Part shown: one piece after another, positions 35,550 through 48,909 of the stretch | How the letters are laid out: every line of letters starts with the position of its first letter | Position numbering within the stretch: the stretch's first letter is position 1 | Assembly: GCA_013239625.1 (NCBI GenBank) | Contig: MU054338.1 | Coordinates: 2,094,968-2,158,967 of the forward strand | DNA: 64,000 bases | Direction of reading: 5' to 3' | DNA from: Lama guanicoe | Lineage: Eukaryota | Notes under the pieces: model-generated | What the model was told of the DNA's origin: nothing | Database searches by the model: none | What the model saw: the letters and a program-made list of their open reading frames with translations, nothing else | Program-made: the position numbers and the translations under genes

Positions 35550-35990
35550 CTGTGTACGTCAGGGTTCTCCAGAAAGCAGAACCAATAAGGGCTGGGTGTG
35601 TGTGTGTGTGTTAGACAGATACAGAAATATAGATATAAACATATAAAGATATTTATTTTAAGGAGTTGTCTCATGCCAGGTGGGAGCTGGCAAGTCTAAA
35701 ACTTGTAGGGCAGGCCAGCATGCTGGAAATTCAGTTATGAGGCGATGTTGCAGCCTTGAGTCAGAAATCTGTAAGCCAGGCAGGCTGAACACTCAGGTAG
35801 GACTTCTGTTACAGTTCAGAGACAGAATAACTTCTTTTACCAGGAAACCTCCGTATCTGCTCTTAGGCCCTTCAACTGATTTTATGTGGCCCATCCATAT
35901 CCCAGAGGGCCACGTTCTTCACTTAAGGTCAACAGATGGAGATGCAAATGGCATGTACAGGATCCCTGCACGGCAGCATTTAGATGAGGG
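35550..35990. mobile_element. ERVL LTR (MLT2-like)
   Basis: TCAGGGTTCTCCAGAAAGCAGAACCAATA...GATATTTATTTTAAGGAGTTG...GCTGGCAAGTC motifs. Confidence 0.7.
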
Positions 35991-36052
35991 TTCACAAAAT
36001 TTAACCCTCCCAGGCTGGATTTGATCCTTGGACCACAGTGTGCCAACACCTG

Positions 36053-36435
36053 TGTCTTAGTTTCCTGGGACCATTAAATCAAAATGTTACACACTGGGTG
36101 TCTTGAACCAGACATTTGCTGTCTCCCAGCTCTGGAGGCTACAGTCCAAAATCAAGGTGTCCACAGGGCTGGTTCCTTCTGAGGTCAGGGTGGAGAATCT
36201 GTTTCTGCACCCTCTCCTCAGCTTGCAGGCGTCTGTCTTCGTGTTCACATGGCCCCCTCCGTGTGTGCACCTCTGCCCAAATTCCTCATAGAAGGACGCC
36301 AGGCGTATTGGCCTAGGCTCTCCCACAATGGCCTCCTTTGTAGCTTGATCACCTCTGTAAAGATCCCCTCTCCGAATACAGTCACGTTCTGAGGTCCTGG
36401 GGGTTAGGACTCCAACATATGCATTTGGGGAGGAT
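36053..36435. mobile_element. MaLR LTR (MLT1C/D-like)
   Basis: TGTCTTAGTTTCCT...CAGCTCTGGAGGCT...AAATCAAGGTGTC...GGGGTTAGGACTCCAACATAT motifs. Confidence 0.75.
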
Positions 36436-36469
36436 ACAGTTAGTCTCATAATGCCCTGTTATTAATGTG

Positions 36470-37500
36470 GGTGGTGCTGACTCCTTGCTGCATAATATTC
36501 CATCGAATCAGTATAGCTCGCTTTTTTCATCTGTCCTAGTAAGGACGGGCATTCTGGTCGTTTCCAGTTTGGGGTTTTTATGCATGAAGCTGCTATGAAG
36601 CTCCTACGTGGGCCTCCTGGTGGATCCATGCAGCTCCGATGACAGGTGTGTACCTGCCTGTGTCAGCTAGTAGTGTCAGGCTGCTCCCCAGAGGGGCTGC
36701 CGCAGTCCCCCCCTCCACAAACACACACACAGGCTCCCAGCAGCCCTTGGCATCATCTACCTTTCTCATTTTTGCCCCGCTGACAGGTGTAAAGTGGTAC
36801 CTCACTTCTGTGCTACTTTGCATAGGTCCTGGGCTGACCATTTCTTCTCTCCTCTGAAAGTCACCCATTCGTGTGCTCTGTCCACTTGGCTCTAGGGGTG
36901 CCATCTTTTATAGTGGTTTTGAGGAGCAGGGCCTCCGTATTGCACAACTCCAGGGCAAACAGTCCCGCTGAGACAGCTTGGAACTGAGGTTAGAGGGACA
37001 ATGGCTGCCGCTGCAATATAGCAGCCCTGGGTGGGAGTTCCTTGTATACTCCAGCTCTTGGCCCTGCCACTTTTCCTCCTGTCCCATCACCTGTCTAGTC
37101 ACTCTGCTCCTAGTGTCCTTCTTTGGACAGAAAGATTTCATTTGAATGTCATCGAATTCGCACATACTTTGCCTTCTGGCTTGTAGTTCAGAAGTTTTGT
37201 TTAAGAAGTTCTTTCTCACCTCCTAGGTTCTACAGCTCCCCTCGGACACCTTCTTCTATCAATGTTCCTGCTTTGTCTTTCATGTTTCCGTTTTTAATTC
37301 GGGGGGCGTCCACTTCTGCAGGTAACGTGGGTCTGGGGACCAGTGTCAGTTTTCTCATGGGACACAAGCCTCTTTTCCCCAGTGCCATTGGCTGGCCCCG
37401 CAGCCTTCTGCTGGTTGGCTTGTGATCTCACCTCCGCAGATATCCAAGGATGCACCCTGGGCTCTCAAATCTCTCTGATTGGTCTGTTTGACTATTTTAA
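36470..37500 (-). mobile_element. Degraded L1ME-like fragment
   Basis: Weak ORF2-like remnants (RYHFTPV..AK.RK..AKGCW; DDIQMKSFC.KKDT). Confidence 0.55.
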
Positions 37501-37702
37501 ACATCTGGCCCCACTGAACACAGTTGGTGAGCTGTGGACTCTCACACGCTCCATTTGACAGTTGGGAAAATTGAGGCTCAGGGCAGGAGCACTTCTCAAG
37601 TCATACTGTGGGAGGATGAGGGTACAGTCAGGACCAGAAGCTGTAGCGGGTTGAATGTTTCCATTGGTTCCATTTATATCCGCTAGTCTAAAGTGGAGGA
37701 GG

Positions 37703-37922
37703 GGGGAGGTTGCAAAATTTTTCTCTAAAGGGGTGGATAGTCAATATTTTCAGCTTTGTGGGCCAGTCTCTGTCATGACTACTCAACTTTGCAGTTGCAC
37801 CACAAAAATAGCCATAGACGAGATGTAACTGAATGGAGTGGCTGTGTGCCAATAAAACTTTATTTATGAAACAAGTGGTGGGCCAGACTTGGCCCCTGGG
37901 CTGTAGTTTACTGACCACTGGC
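37703..37922. mobile_element. MER58-like hAT MITE (related pieces at ~47740-48010)
   Basis: GCAAAATTTTTCTCTAAAGGG...CCAATAAAACTTTATTTA...GGGCCAGACTTGGCCC..GGGCTGTAGTTT motifs. Confidence 0.75.
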
Positions 37923-40900
37923 GTAAATGTTTATCTAACCCCTAGTGGGTATCAAGCCCTGTTCCAGGCCCTGGGGTTACAGCATTGACTAGAACAGATG
38001 TACATAAACACAGAAATGAATAAGATAACTTCAGTGATGAGGCTACAGAACAGAAAATAGGATGGTAGGTGGGTGGCAAGGGAGAGGGAGACAGGAGTGG
38101 AGGCCTCAAGTGGAAAGTGTCCTGAAAGATGAGAAGTCAGCCTTGAAGGTATTGGGGAAAGGTGTTCCTGGCAGAGGGTGCAGCCTGTGCAAAGGCCCTG
38201 GGGCAGGACCATTCCTGGCATGTTGGGGGAACAAAGAAACCTGTGTGGCGAGGTGGAGAGAGGGAGGAGGTGGGGACAGGGAGGGGGTGGGGCAGGTCAT
38301 GCAGGGCCCTGTGGGCCGAGGGGAGGGCAGTGGATTTTACCCAAAGGGAGATGGGGAGCCATGGAGATATCAAGGAGTATTTTACAGATGGGGTAGGGTG
38401 GGACCAGAACTGAAACCCAGGAAACTAGAGAGGAGCAAACAGCTTCACCTCTCAGAGTCTTGGTTTCCCCATCTGTAAAATGAGTCCCGTGAAACCTGCT
38501 TACTCACACAGCAGAGCAAGAGCCTACGGGATGTTCCTACTCCCGGGTCTTGGAGTCTGACGCAGTTTCAGGGTCTAACCTGAGTTGCTGGAAACGATGT
38601 ATGCCGGTTGGTACCCTATGCACAGAAGGCCTGCAGAGACGCTACAGGTGTGAGTGGTGGAGGACACTGGGTGACTAACTACCCACCGGGAAGACAGAGG
38701 AACGGAATGGGAGGAGAGAAATGATAAAGGGTTGGAGCCACGCCCAGCTCGCCAAGCCCTGGGGGGCAGAACCCTTTCTGCCCCTTCCCACTTGCTCTCT
38801 CCCTGGGTCTGCACCAGTCATGGGGGGGGGCGGGGGGTCTCCAGGAGAAGCTGCCTGGTGGGTTCAGTCATTATGGCGGGTGTGCTTCCTCCAGGCTGGG
38901 GACAGGTGGTCGGGATGGGAGTGAGTGTGTCATGGGGTGGACAAGCATGGGGACAATCTGGGCCATATCTGGGGTCTGGGAAACTCTCCTGCCTCCTTCC
39001 TGCCTCGGGTGACACCAGACACCTGCAGGGGGCAGCGAGCAGCAGCCCAGGAGTTGGGGGCAGTGGGAATTCCAGCCTCTTCACTATTCAGTACAGTTAC
39101 TGCTGCTGGCCAAGGCCCTGACCTTTCTCCCAGATCCCGGAGCTGAGTAATCGTTACTGGAAAAATAAATCAGCCTGCTGAGTGGCTGCAGTGCAGCCCC
39201 CTGGTGGGGTGGGGGGAGATCACTCTGGGTCCCCAGCCCGGCAGCTGGAGGGGAGGGCACCGTGGCCTCAGTGAGTGCTGGGGCCAAGGTTCCTCCCCCA
39301 CACCATGCTCTCTACCCCTCAACACTGGGCCCACACTCCCTCCAACACAGGGGCCCTCTAGTGACACTGCCCATCCCCCTCCCAGCTCCCTGCAAGGCTG
39401 ACAGGTGGTTGCGGAAATAGACCCAGGCATCCCCCCACAAATCCCCCGGGTCTTGATCCCACAGACATCCGGGTCCAGGAGGAGCAGGGCAGCCTCTCAG
39501 CTGAGTGCCTTGAACCTTAAGGGGGAAGGGATTCGAAATTCAGCTCTGTCACTTCTTTGCAGGGTGACTTTGAGCACATGACTCTCCCTTTCTGAGCCTC
39601 AGTTTCTGCCTCTGGGAAATAGGGGCAATAAAACACCACTTCCTGATTTTGTGAGGCTCCTGTGAGATGCCCACATCCTCAGCACAGAGCTTGGTCCTGA
39701 ACGGCTATGCAGTACACACGAACGTGTGCAGGGTGCTTCCTGGGTGCCGGGTCCCTGGAGCTGGCTTTCCAGGGAGCCAGACCAGAGAGGAAACACAGCA
39801 CACAATGTCCAGGGACACTGAACCCCATAAGGAAAACCGAATCGATCCTTAGACTTTCTTCTGATTGCCTGGCTGCTAGCCGACGAATAGCGTGGAGAGC
39901 CCACATTCCAGCTTCCGAGGCTTTCCAAGGCGTGCGCCGACTTGTGCCGAGCTCCCAAACACTTCGCCCTGCAAGCCCATTTCTCAGAAGAGACCATGAG
40001 GTCTCGGGTTTGTCCGAGGTCACGAGCGCATGGTGCCGGGAGGGCCTGGGAGCGGATCTGCCAGGTGGCACACTTCCTGGATCCGCCCCCCTCCACCTCC
40101 TCCCGCAGAGCTGGCGCCCTCCCAGCGGCACCCGGCCCCTGCAGCCCTGAGCTTCCACGAGCAGGGGTCCAGGGGGCTGGGCTCCGGGGTGGGCGTGGCC
40201 AGGGTGGACCCTGAGGCGGGGCGCGCGGGAGCCGGGTGCCGCCACCCACCGCCAGGGCTGCCTGGAAGACGCCCGCGCCTAATCCTGGCTCCGGAGGACA
40301 CGTTGTACTAGAGATGATATGAACCAGCCTCTCCCTTCGTTTGTTTAATTCTTTCAGGCTTTTCCTCTCGTCTGTCACTCTTTAATCGCCCTGTTAACGG
40401 AGCTAGGGGGTGGGGCGCTCCCGGCCAGGCCTCTTCGGGGGGGGGGTTCTGCAGCCCAACCCCCACCCCCACCCTCCCCGCCTTCTTTCTCAGATCCAAG
40501 TGGGGCCTCTGCCCGCCCCAGGCTAGGTCCAGCTGGTGGAAGGTGCGTCGGGTGGCGGATGGAGCGTGCCAGGGAGACGGAGTCATAGGGACCAGAGCAG
40601 GGCACCCAAGTCAGGCTCTGGCACCGCTCTGACCCAAAGCATCTTGCCCCAGTTTTCTCGCCCAAAAAGTGTGGGTCCCGATGGTCCCCACCTCCACTTT
40701 GTGGAGAAACCTCTTGTCCTTGAGAAAGAAATTAAAGAACCAAAATGTTAGTAAATAAATAAATACATAACCCAAGCCCACTGCACAGATGGCCACACGG
40801 AGGCTGGGTTACCCTGCATGTCCAGGGCAAGGCTGGAAGTGGAGAGACCCAGCCGGGGGCCTGCCGCCCCTCCGGCCCGCGGTGCCCCGTGGAGGGGAGG

Positions 40901-43682
40901 CTGAGGGGATGGAGAAATGGGGTGAGGGCCTCCAGTCCCCATGGCCCGGATTCCCCTGGGCCGGCCTCCAGCTCCCGCGGGGCAGCCTCAAGCTTGTGGC
41001 CAAGCCGCTCCGAACCCGCGTTTCCCTCGTCTGTCCGACAGGCCGGGTGGGCGGCGACGTCAGGGCGCCCGCCCTCCCCTCTCTGCCCCTTCGCATAACT
41101 CAGCTGCGCAGCCGGAAACACGGCGCCCACGACTCACCCTCTGCAGCCGGCTTCCTGCCGCTCCCCCGACTCGGGCGCCGGCTCCCCCGCTCCCCGGCCC
41201 CCACCCTGGGCCGCAGTCCTCCCCAAGGCTCCCACTCCCAGGAGGGCACCCCGCCTCCAGCCTCACATCCACCTGGGTGTGACCCAGGCTGCCCCCTGGG
41301 AAACCACTTGCTGGCTGCCCCCTGCCTGCAGCTGAAGGTCAGGGGGCAAAGGGTGAAGGCCAGGGAGCCACCTTTTTGGATCTAGAGAAGCAGGAGTTGC
41401 TCCCCAACTTCTGGAAGGGAAAGAAATCTCTTATTCAGGACTTTCCCCAGCAGCTGGCAGGAGGCAGGAGGGAGCCCTCCTAGTGCGAAGAGAAGGCCCC
41501 AGCCCTACCCAGGGGACATTGAGGGGGTGTCTCTGGGGACACTCCTCCAGCCAGCAGGGTGACTGGTGAATAATGGCAACCACAGGCATCATATGACTGT
41601 GCCCATTTTGCAGATGGGGAAACCGAGTCAAGGAGCAAGGATGCCTCCTGTCTGAGGCCACGCCAACTGACAGCCACAGAGCTGGGGTCTGAGCCTCCAA
41701 AGTCCTGAGTGCTGGGGGCTGGCGGGTGGGGGTGAGGGAAGGGGACCTTGGTGAGCCCCATGGAGCTGGAAATCACCATGCCGCTCCCACACCCGATGCT
41801 GCACAGAACTGGATCATTTTCTCTTCCCTGCAGTGGCCCCCGCCAGGCAGGTCAGTGAGTTCCTGTGGGACAGATGGGGAAACTGAGGCCCATTAAAGAG
41901 AAGCACCTTGTCTGAGTTCCCACGTGACAACGGCAGACACTCAGCCTGGGAAGTGACTGAGCCAGGCGGTAGGTAACAGGGGATGTGGGGAGGGTCCCCA
42001 CACCTGCCCCGTATCATTCACCATCTCCCACCCTGTGAGATCCTGACCTCAGTTTCTCCCATCTGAAGGAGCCGTGCCAGAGAGCGGGACTTTGGAGGCT
42101 GCCTGGGGCCGGCGTGTGTGGGCAGGCTCTGGAGTTCCAGGCCGTGCCCGAGCCCACACCCAGATGCCCGTGCCAGGCCCTCCGGCAAGGGCGCTGGGTG
42201 GAGGCCTTCCCCAGTCCCCTCCGCGGAGGTCTGGGCTTGACTTTGGCCACCACATTCCATGGCCTTCTCGCTGCCCCCAAATGTGGCAAGCTACCCCTCC
42301 AAGTCACATGGCAAACAAGTGGCAAAACCAGGATTCCAATCCAGCTCGGCTCAATTCCAAAGCCAAGATGTCTGGAGAAGTTCAAAGAGTTCAGGGATAA
42401 AGCTCCCTGGCCAACCGGGAGTCCCCCTGCCCATGGGCAAGTGGCCACATCTTCTGGGGCTGCAGCCTCCCTGTCTCCTCCAGAAGGATCATCACTCACC
42501 TGCTCTTTCCTCTGCTCCAATTTCAAGGGAGTGAAATGCGTCCAAAGGGGGAGAAATTGGGGGCAAATTTCCTGCTCCACAGGTTTCCAAACCTGGGAAG
42601 TGCTACTAAGCATCTAACCCCAGTCTCTCTTGCTGCTTTGCTTCCCTTCCCAGCAGTTTGGAGGGTGGCAGGGATAAGCCCAGAGAAGCCCAGGGCCATG
42701 CCCTGAGCAAGGCAACAGCAGCGCCTCCCACCTTCCAGGAGAACTGGGGAGACAGGCTAGGGGGCCCAGCTCAGCAGAAACCAGTATGCAAGTCTGAGGG
42801 GACCTGGGAATCTGCATGTTGCATGGTGTCACAGAGCCCTGGAACAGACCTGCTCCTCTCTGGGCCTCAGTTTCCCCATCCGTAAAATGGGGGCAATGGT
42901 ACTACACCCATCACTGTGCGGCTTTGAGAATTCATGCGTGGAGTGTGTAAAAGATTCGGCACAGGGTCTGGCACCCCGAGGTGCTGGGTGATGTTGGTTA
43001 TTGACATTCCTGTTGTGATACAAGTGAGTGAGTCTGTCTCCACCGCATGCGGGGGTGTCATCCAAAGCATTTAACAAACCACCAGAGCCCAGGCTGACTA
43101 ATGAGAACAGAGGTCAGCTGTGGATGCTGGGAACGGACCTCTGGGGTAGGTTAACTGGCAGCTCTCTGTCCCACATAAGTGATGGGGGCAGAGGGCTGGA
43201 CCACAGGGGCACCTACTGTGCACTCTTGCCGAGCACAGGGAAGCCTGGGAAGCAGGACAGAGAGCCCAGAGCAGGACCAGGGCAATGAGGTGGAGGGAGC
43301 TGGAGCTGGCCTCAGGCTTAGCGTGTGATTGCGGGCAGGTGCCTCAGTGTGCACACCTGTGAAATGGGTTGAGGAGAAATGGCTGTGTTGACTGGGGATG
43401 TGGGGGGGGGGACGGAGTCACATGTAGGTGAGGCATGGTTACCTGATACACAGTAGGTGCATTATAAACCTGTCCTGCTTTCATTGTCCCCACCTCCCAT
43501 AGCTCTCATGAGGATAAATGAAGCCGCCCTGCAAGGGCCTGGCCCACGGCCGCAGACAGATCCCTGCTTGTTGAGTAAATCATGACAACCAGGCAGCCCC
43601 TTCTTTGCACACAATGGTTTCCAGTTTCCCAAACGCCTAGACCCCTCCACTGCAGGGTCATCCCCCCACCTCCCGCCACCTG

Positions 43683-43875
43683 CCTCAGCACTCTGGATAT
43701 TTGGGGCCAGATCATTCTCTGTGGGGCCGTCCTGGGCGCTGTGGGGAATGAGCAGCGCCTTGGAATCCCACCCACTTGATGCCAGGTGCCCTCCCTCCAG
43801 TCGTGGTAACCACAAAAGTCCCCAGGCATGGCCCAGTGTCTTCCCGGGGCAGAACTGCCCCTTGGAAACCTCTGT
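43683..43875. mobile_element. MER20-like DNA element
   Basis: CTCAGCACT.TGGATATTTGGGGCCAGATCATTCTCTGTGG...CCCACTTGATGCCAG motif. Confidence 0.7.
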
Positions 43876-46800
43876 GGCCTCACTGGCACCCACGTTCAGA
43901 GGTCTCCTTTAGCAGAGGAGAGAACTGAGGCTCAGAGAGGGCGCACAGCACGTCAGGGTGGAGCCAGCCCCTGCCGCTGCCCCGGGCGCCCGCGCTGCAC
44001 AGGACTCTGGGCCCACCTGCTGGGGGGTGGGCAGTCAACACCACCGGCCATGCCAGGGTTCCAGGAACTGGCAGAAGGAGCCCAGGGCATGCAACAGTTG
44101 CAAAATCTCTGGGCGGCACACCAGCATGCCTGGGCAGTGCCACCGCCTCGGCCCCGCGGGCGTCGCCAGGAAAGAAACAGCAACTCAGAACTGGGCACCC
44201 AGACAAACGGTAGAATCCCAGGCATGAGGTGGCCGCTGGAGAAGAAGAGCCCAATCAGAGACTGCGCTTTGCTGCGTGGCCTGTCAGGACACGGCTGGGT
44301 AGGTCATGACCAATGAGAATGCCCCTAACGAGTCAGGCCCCATCTCTGGGAGAAGCCCATTGGCCCAATGAAGGGGTTCGGGGTGGATCCCTTTGGTCCC
44401 CCAAATCCAGCCCTCCTGGTTCCTTTCAGACATCCCTCTGCTGGTGGTTCCTAATTTGGGGACCTAAGGGTTGGTTTGAGGGAGCTCCCTGTTTAGATAT
44501 GTGCCCTCGGGCTGTTACTACCTCATAAAAGCCAGAATTATGCTTAAAAGTTCAGTAAGTCACTCACTAAATACTTATTGAGTTAACTACCGTGTGCTGA
44601 GTGCTGAGCAGGTGAAGATGAACAAGGCAGATGTAGAGGAAAAGCCACATTGGAAGGAAAGGAGTCTGGGTAGAGGGCATAGCCTATGCAAAGGTCCTGG
44701 GGCAGGACTGTGCCCAGCATGTTGGAGGAACAGCCAGGAGGCCCGTGTGTCTGGAGGAAAGTGAACAAGCGGAGAGAGGGAGGGGGTGGGGCTGGTCTTG
44801 CGGGACCTTGTGGGCCATGTGGCGAATTTAGTCATCCTGAGGGCAATGGGGAGCCCTGGAGGGCTTTAGACAGTGGGAAGATGTGCTGTGCCGCCTAGAG
44901 ACTGGTATTTGGGGTGAGGTCCTTCCCTTCTCTGGGTTTTTAAAGTCTGCCATAATCTTCTCATTCATCAAATTGGGAAGTGATAATACCTAAGGGGGGT
45001 GGTACTGATGTGAAGGTAAAGAAATATTTCAGCAAGGTACCTGGCACATAGTAGGTACACAGCCTTCCCCTGGTCCAGCGCCCATCACTGCCCACCTGGA
45101 TTAGCACATCCCCTCCATCCTGGTCCCTAGCTCCCACCCTCATCCCCACAGTCTGTCCTCCCCGCAGTGGCCAGAGGGCGCCTGTGAGCCCCTAAGTCAG
45201 GTCCCGCCCCTCTGTCCACAGCCCTCCAGGGCTCCCGCCTCCCTGAGGCTAAAAGCTCAAGTCCTCTCGGCGGCCCATGAGGTCTGGCACGACCTGCCGC
45301 ATCCGCTCCCTGCCCTCACCGCTTCCCTCTCCCCTCCTTGCTCATTCTGTTCCAGCCACACGGGCTTCTTCACTGTTCCTCCAACACACTAGACATGGCC
45401 CTGCCCCAGGACCTTCATGCGGACTGTGCCTTCTGGAACACTCTCCCCTTGGACACGCACATGACTCCCCTCCGCCTCCTGCAGGTCTCAGCTTAGTGAG
45501 TTGCGCCCCCAAGCCTGACCCCGGCTTCCCCTCCTCCTCTCTCTCCCTCTGATTTTTCTCCGTGCTACCACCACCCAACGCTGTACATTTCTACTTCCAC
45601 ATCTTGCTCCTATGTGTCTCCCCTAACGGATCAGGTAGGAATTTTGACTGTTTTTATTCCCCATTGCATCCTCACTGTCCAAAAGATTGCCTGGCACACA
45701 GAAGATGCTTGATAAATGTTGATGGAGGAATTAGTGAAAAAGACCAATTATCTTTACCCCCGCCTTCCCACACTGTTCCAGCTCAGTCCCTATTCCTTCC
45801 CCTTTCTGTATTCCCTCCACCCCTCCCCTGCCACCCTCCCAGCCCTAGTGGAGCCCCTGGGGTTCACTGGGCTGAGAGAGGAAAGAGCAGGTGCAGAAAG
45901 AGCCAGGCAGAGGTCCCCCAGTGCTCCAAAGTCTGGACACCCCCCCACCAAGTGCTGCTAGCAGAGCAGCCGTCCGCCCCTTCTGCATCCACGAGAGTTG
46001 TTTTTTGAATTAGAGGAGGGGGAGTAATTGGAGCGGGGCGTGTCTGTTTGTGGGAAGGCTTCGTGGCCTGGCTTGGTTTTGCTGGGCAGCTGGCTGGGAC
46101 TCAGTTCTGGCCCGGTTCCTGGGGGAACTGAGAAGACAGGTCCCTGTGGGTGTGTGCAGACATGTGTAGGGGTCTCGACCCCCTGCCTGGCCCAGAAGCC
46201 CAGCTCAGCCCATCTGAGAGGCTGCTGAGGCCCAGGCAGGCCCTCTCCTCCAGCATTTTTTGCCTGGAATCCCTGCTCCTCAGCTCCAGACCCCAGTACC
46301 AAGGTTTTCAATGATGAACAGATGGTCTCATGGCCGAGAGGGGTGCGTGGTGCTGTGCTGAGCCCTGGAGGGGCACTAAGGCTGGGGTCTCCTCTGCGCC
46401 CCGGCTGGGGGTGTATGCCATCCTCAGAGGGTCCCCTGGTTTGGTTTGGCCACGTCGTGCTTGGCAGAGAAGGCATGGGGGAGGGTGGAGACCTGGGCCA
46501 GCTGCCATGTCAAATTCCTCCCCAGCAGCGGTGGGGGGGTGGGGAGGGAGAGGGTTTTTGTTTTTTGTTTTTTTTCCCAGCAGAATCCAAAGGAGGAGAG
46601 AGAGCTGTTGGCAGGAGGAAGGTATTGGAGCCAAGCCTAGGCTGGGCTCCCTCTGAATCACACTCCTGGCCTTGCACTCAGCAGCTGGAGGGGGTGCTGG
46701 GAAGGGACCATGGTGCTTCTCATCCTCTGCCAGCATCGCTGAGTTTTGCAGAAAAGGGAGCTGCCTCCTCGAAGGACAGCAGCCCTGGGCTTCCAGGCCC

Positions 46801-48909
46801 CGGCCTAGCTGCTGCCCCCTCGCCCTCTAGCTACTCAGCAGGCTTCACTGCCTCCAACCTTCGCTGAGGCTGTTCCCTCCACCTGCGATGCCCTTCCCAT
46901 CCATCTTGGTGTCTCCCCTGGCCACCTCCAATCTGGCCTTCCATTCCTCTAGACTACAGACCTCAGGTTGGAGCCTGAGACCAAAACAAAAGAATCAGTA
47001 ATACCAGTCCTGACTTTATTTCAGCATGACATTTTGTTCATTGCAGATTTTTTAAAAGATGAGTTATCTTGTTTGTGCCGGGCTGAAACCCAGGCCCAGA
47101 GACCAAGGCAAGGAATATGAAGATTCAGTTTCTGGCCTCCACTGCTGGAGACAGACGCTGAACAGACAAGAGCAGTGATGGAGGGGCCCCAGCATTGTGG
47201 GGCCCACTGGACACACAGCTTACCCGCTGTGTGACCCTGGGTGACTCATGTCCTTCTCTGGGCCTGAGTGATGCCTCTTCTATCACACAAGCTAATGAGG
47301 GTTTTCCCTGCTTCAAGGGCCGTTTATGCATGAAATGGGATAATAGCCGGAAATGGCTGCCTACACAATGTAAGCTGTTATTAGGGCTTCAGGGCCACCC
47401 AGGGGCCTCAATTTTCTCATCTATAAAATGGGAATAATGATACCTGCTACGGCTAACCTCATGGGGATCTGGAGCATGCAGGGGGAATGATGATGTTTTG
47501 TGGAGGGAAACTTTGAAGGCTGAGATAGTTCTGCGAAGATGAGGACAGAGGCTAAACCGCCCCGCCAACCCCGCACCATTATAACACCTCCTGCAGAAAC
47601 ACTGAAAAGGCGTACCGGTTGTGTGACCTTGGGCAACTCTCTCAACCTCTCTGCGCCTCAGCTTCCTCATGTGCACCATGGGAATGATGACAGTTCCTTC
47701 CACGCAGAGATTCGCAAACTGCGTCCCAAGGGCTAGATTTTTCTGTTCAGCTCTTGAGCTAAGAACACTTAAATGGATGAAAGGAATCAAAAGCATAATA
47801 TTCTGTGACACGTGAAAAGGATGCGAAATTCACATTTTGATGTTTGTAAATAAAGTTTTTTTGGCACCTGGCCATGCCCATTTGTTGACATGTGGACAGA
47901 CACCCAACAGCTTTTGAGCTACAAGGTGTTGGTGCAGCAGAGACCCTCTGACCTGCAAAGCTGAAACAGTCACTCTCTGGCTCTTTATGGAAAAATTATG
48001 TGAACCCTGGGTTACTTTGAACTGTGGTGGACACAAAATGAGCTTGGTACAGGTGTGTTTGCTATTATTATTAAATCTGTACTGTTTTTCCCCCGTCCCC
48101 ATAGAAATGCCAGCATTTTGCCCCCACCACTGACGATTCTTGGAAGTCTGCCTTAGTCCCCCATCCACGGTCCCCTATGGTTGGGCACTTAGGTTGTTCC
48201 CAGTTGCTAAGGCAGAGCTGCAGTGAATAGCCTCGCATCTCAAGCTGGTTTGTTTTTATGCAACAAACATTTCTCCATCATTCACTGCATGCTGGGTCCT
48301 GTTCTAGGCACTTTGCAAATATCAACTTATTTGATCCTTGCTATGACTACTTGTCTTCTCCCTCCCCATTTTACAGATGGGCAAACTGAGGCTTAGCCAG
48401 TTGAGGTGATTGCTGAGGGTCACACCACCGGGATTTGAACCCAGGCTGGGGGGCTCCTGTCTGTGTCTTGGGCTGATCTCCTCATTCCTTGAGGTAGAGA
48501 CCCAGAAGCCCAGTCCTTGTAGCAGAGGGGGACAAGGATTCAAAGACGCCAGTCGTCCACCGGCAAGCTGTCCCCGCTGGCTATATCTGGACATCACTTA
48601 GGGCCAACGTGATGTTTGATGCTTAAGCCCCACCTACGGCCTCCCAAGGGCAGGCTCTGGACTCTGAGAGTTGCTGGGAGAACCCGGCATCCCTGCCAAG
48701 ACAGAGAAGTGACAGCCTCTGGTAGCATCCAGATATGGATTTAGGGGCGCTGCCCCAAACAGGTAGCTGCTTTCTCCTCAGCCTGGAGGGGCGGGGCCAG
48801 CAGCGCTTATCCCTTACCTCCCCCCACGCCACCTCAGGCCTCCGCTGCCATCTGATTGGCATTCTCTTCCTCACTCACCGGGTCTGAAAGGATGCGTTTG
48901 TTCAGCCTT

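Noticed and set aside
47861..47876. Near-palindromic NFI site TTGGCACCTGGCCAT as an autoregulatory element
   Set aside because: One mismatch and located in a MER58-like remnant, with no supporting context.
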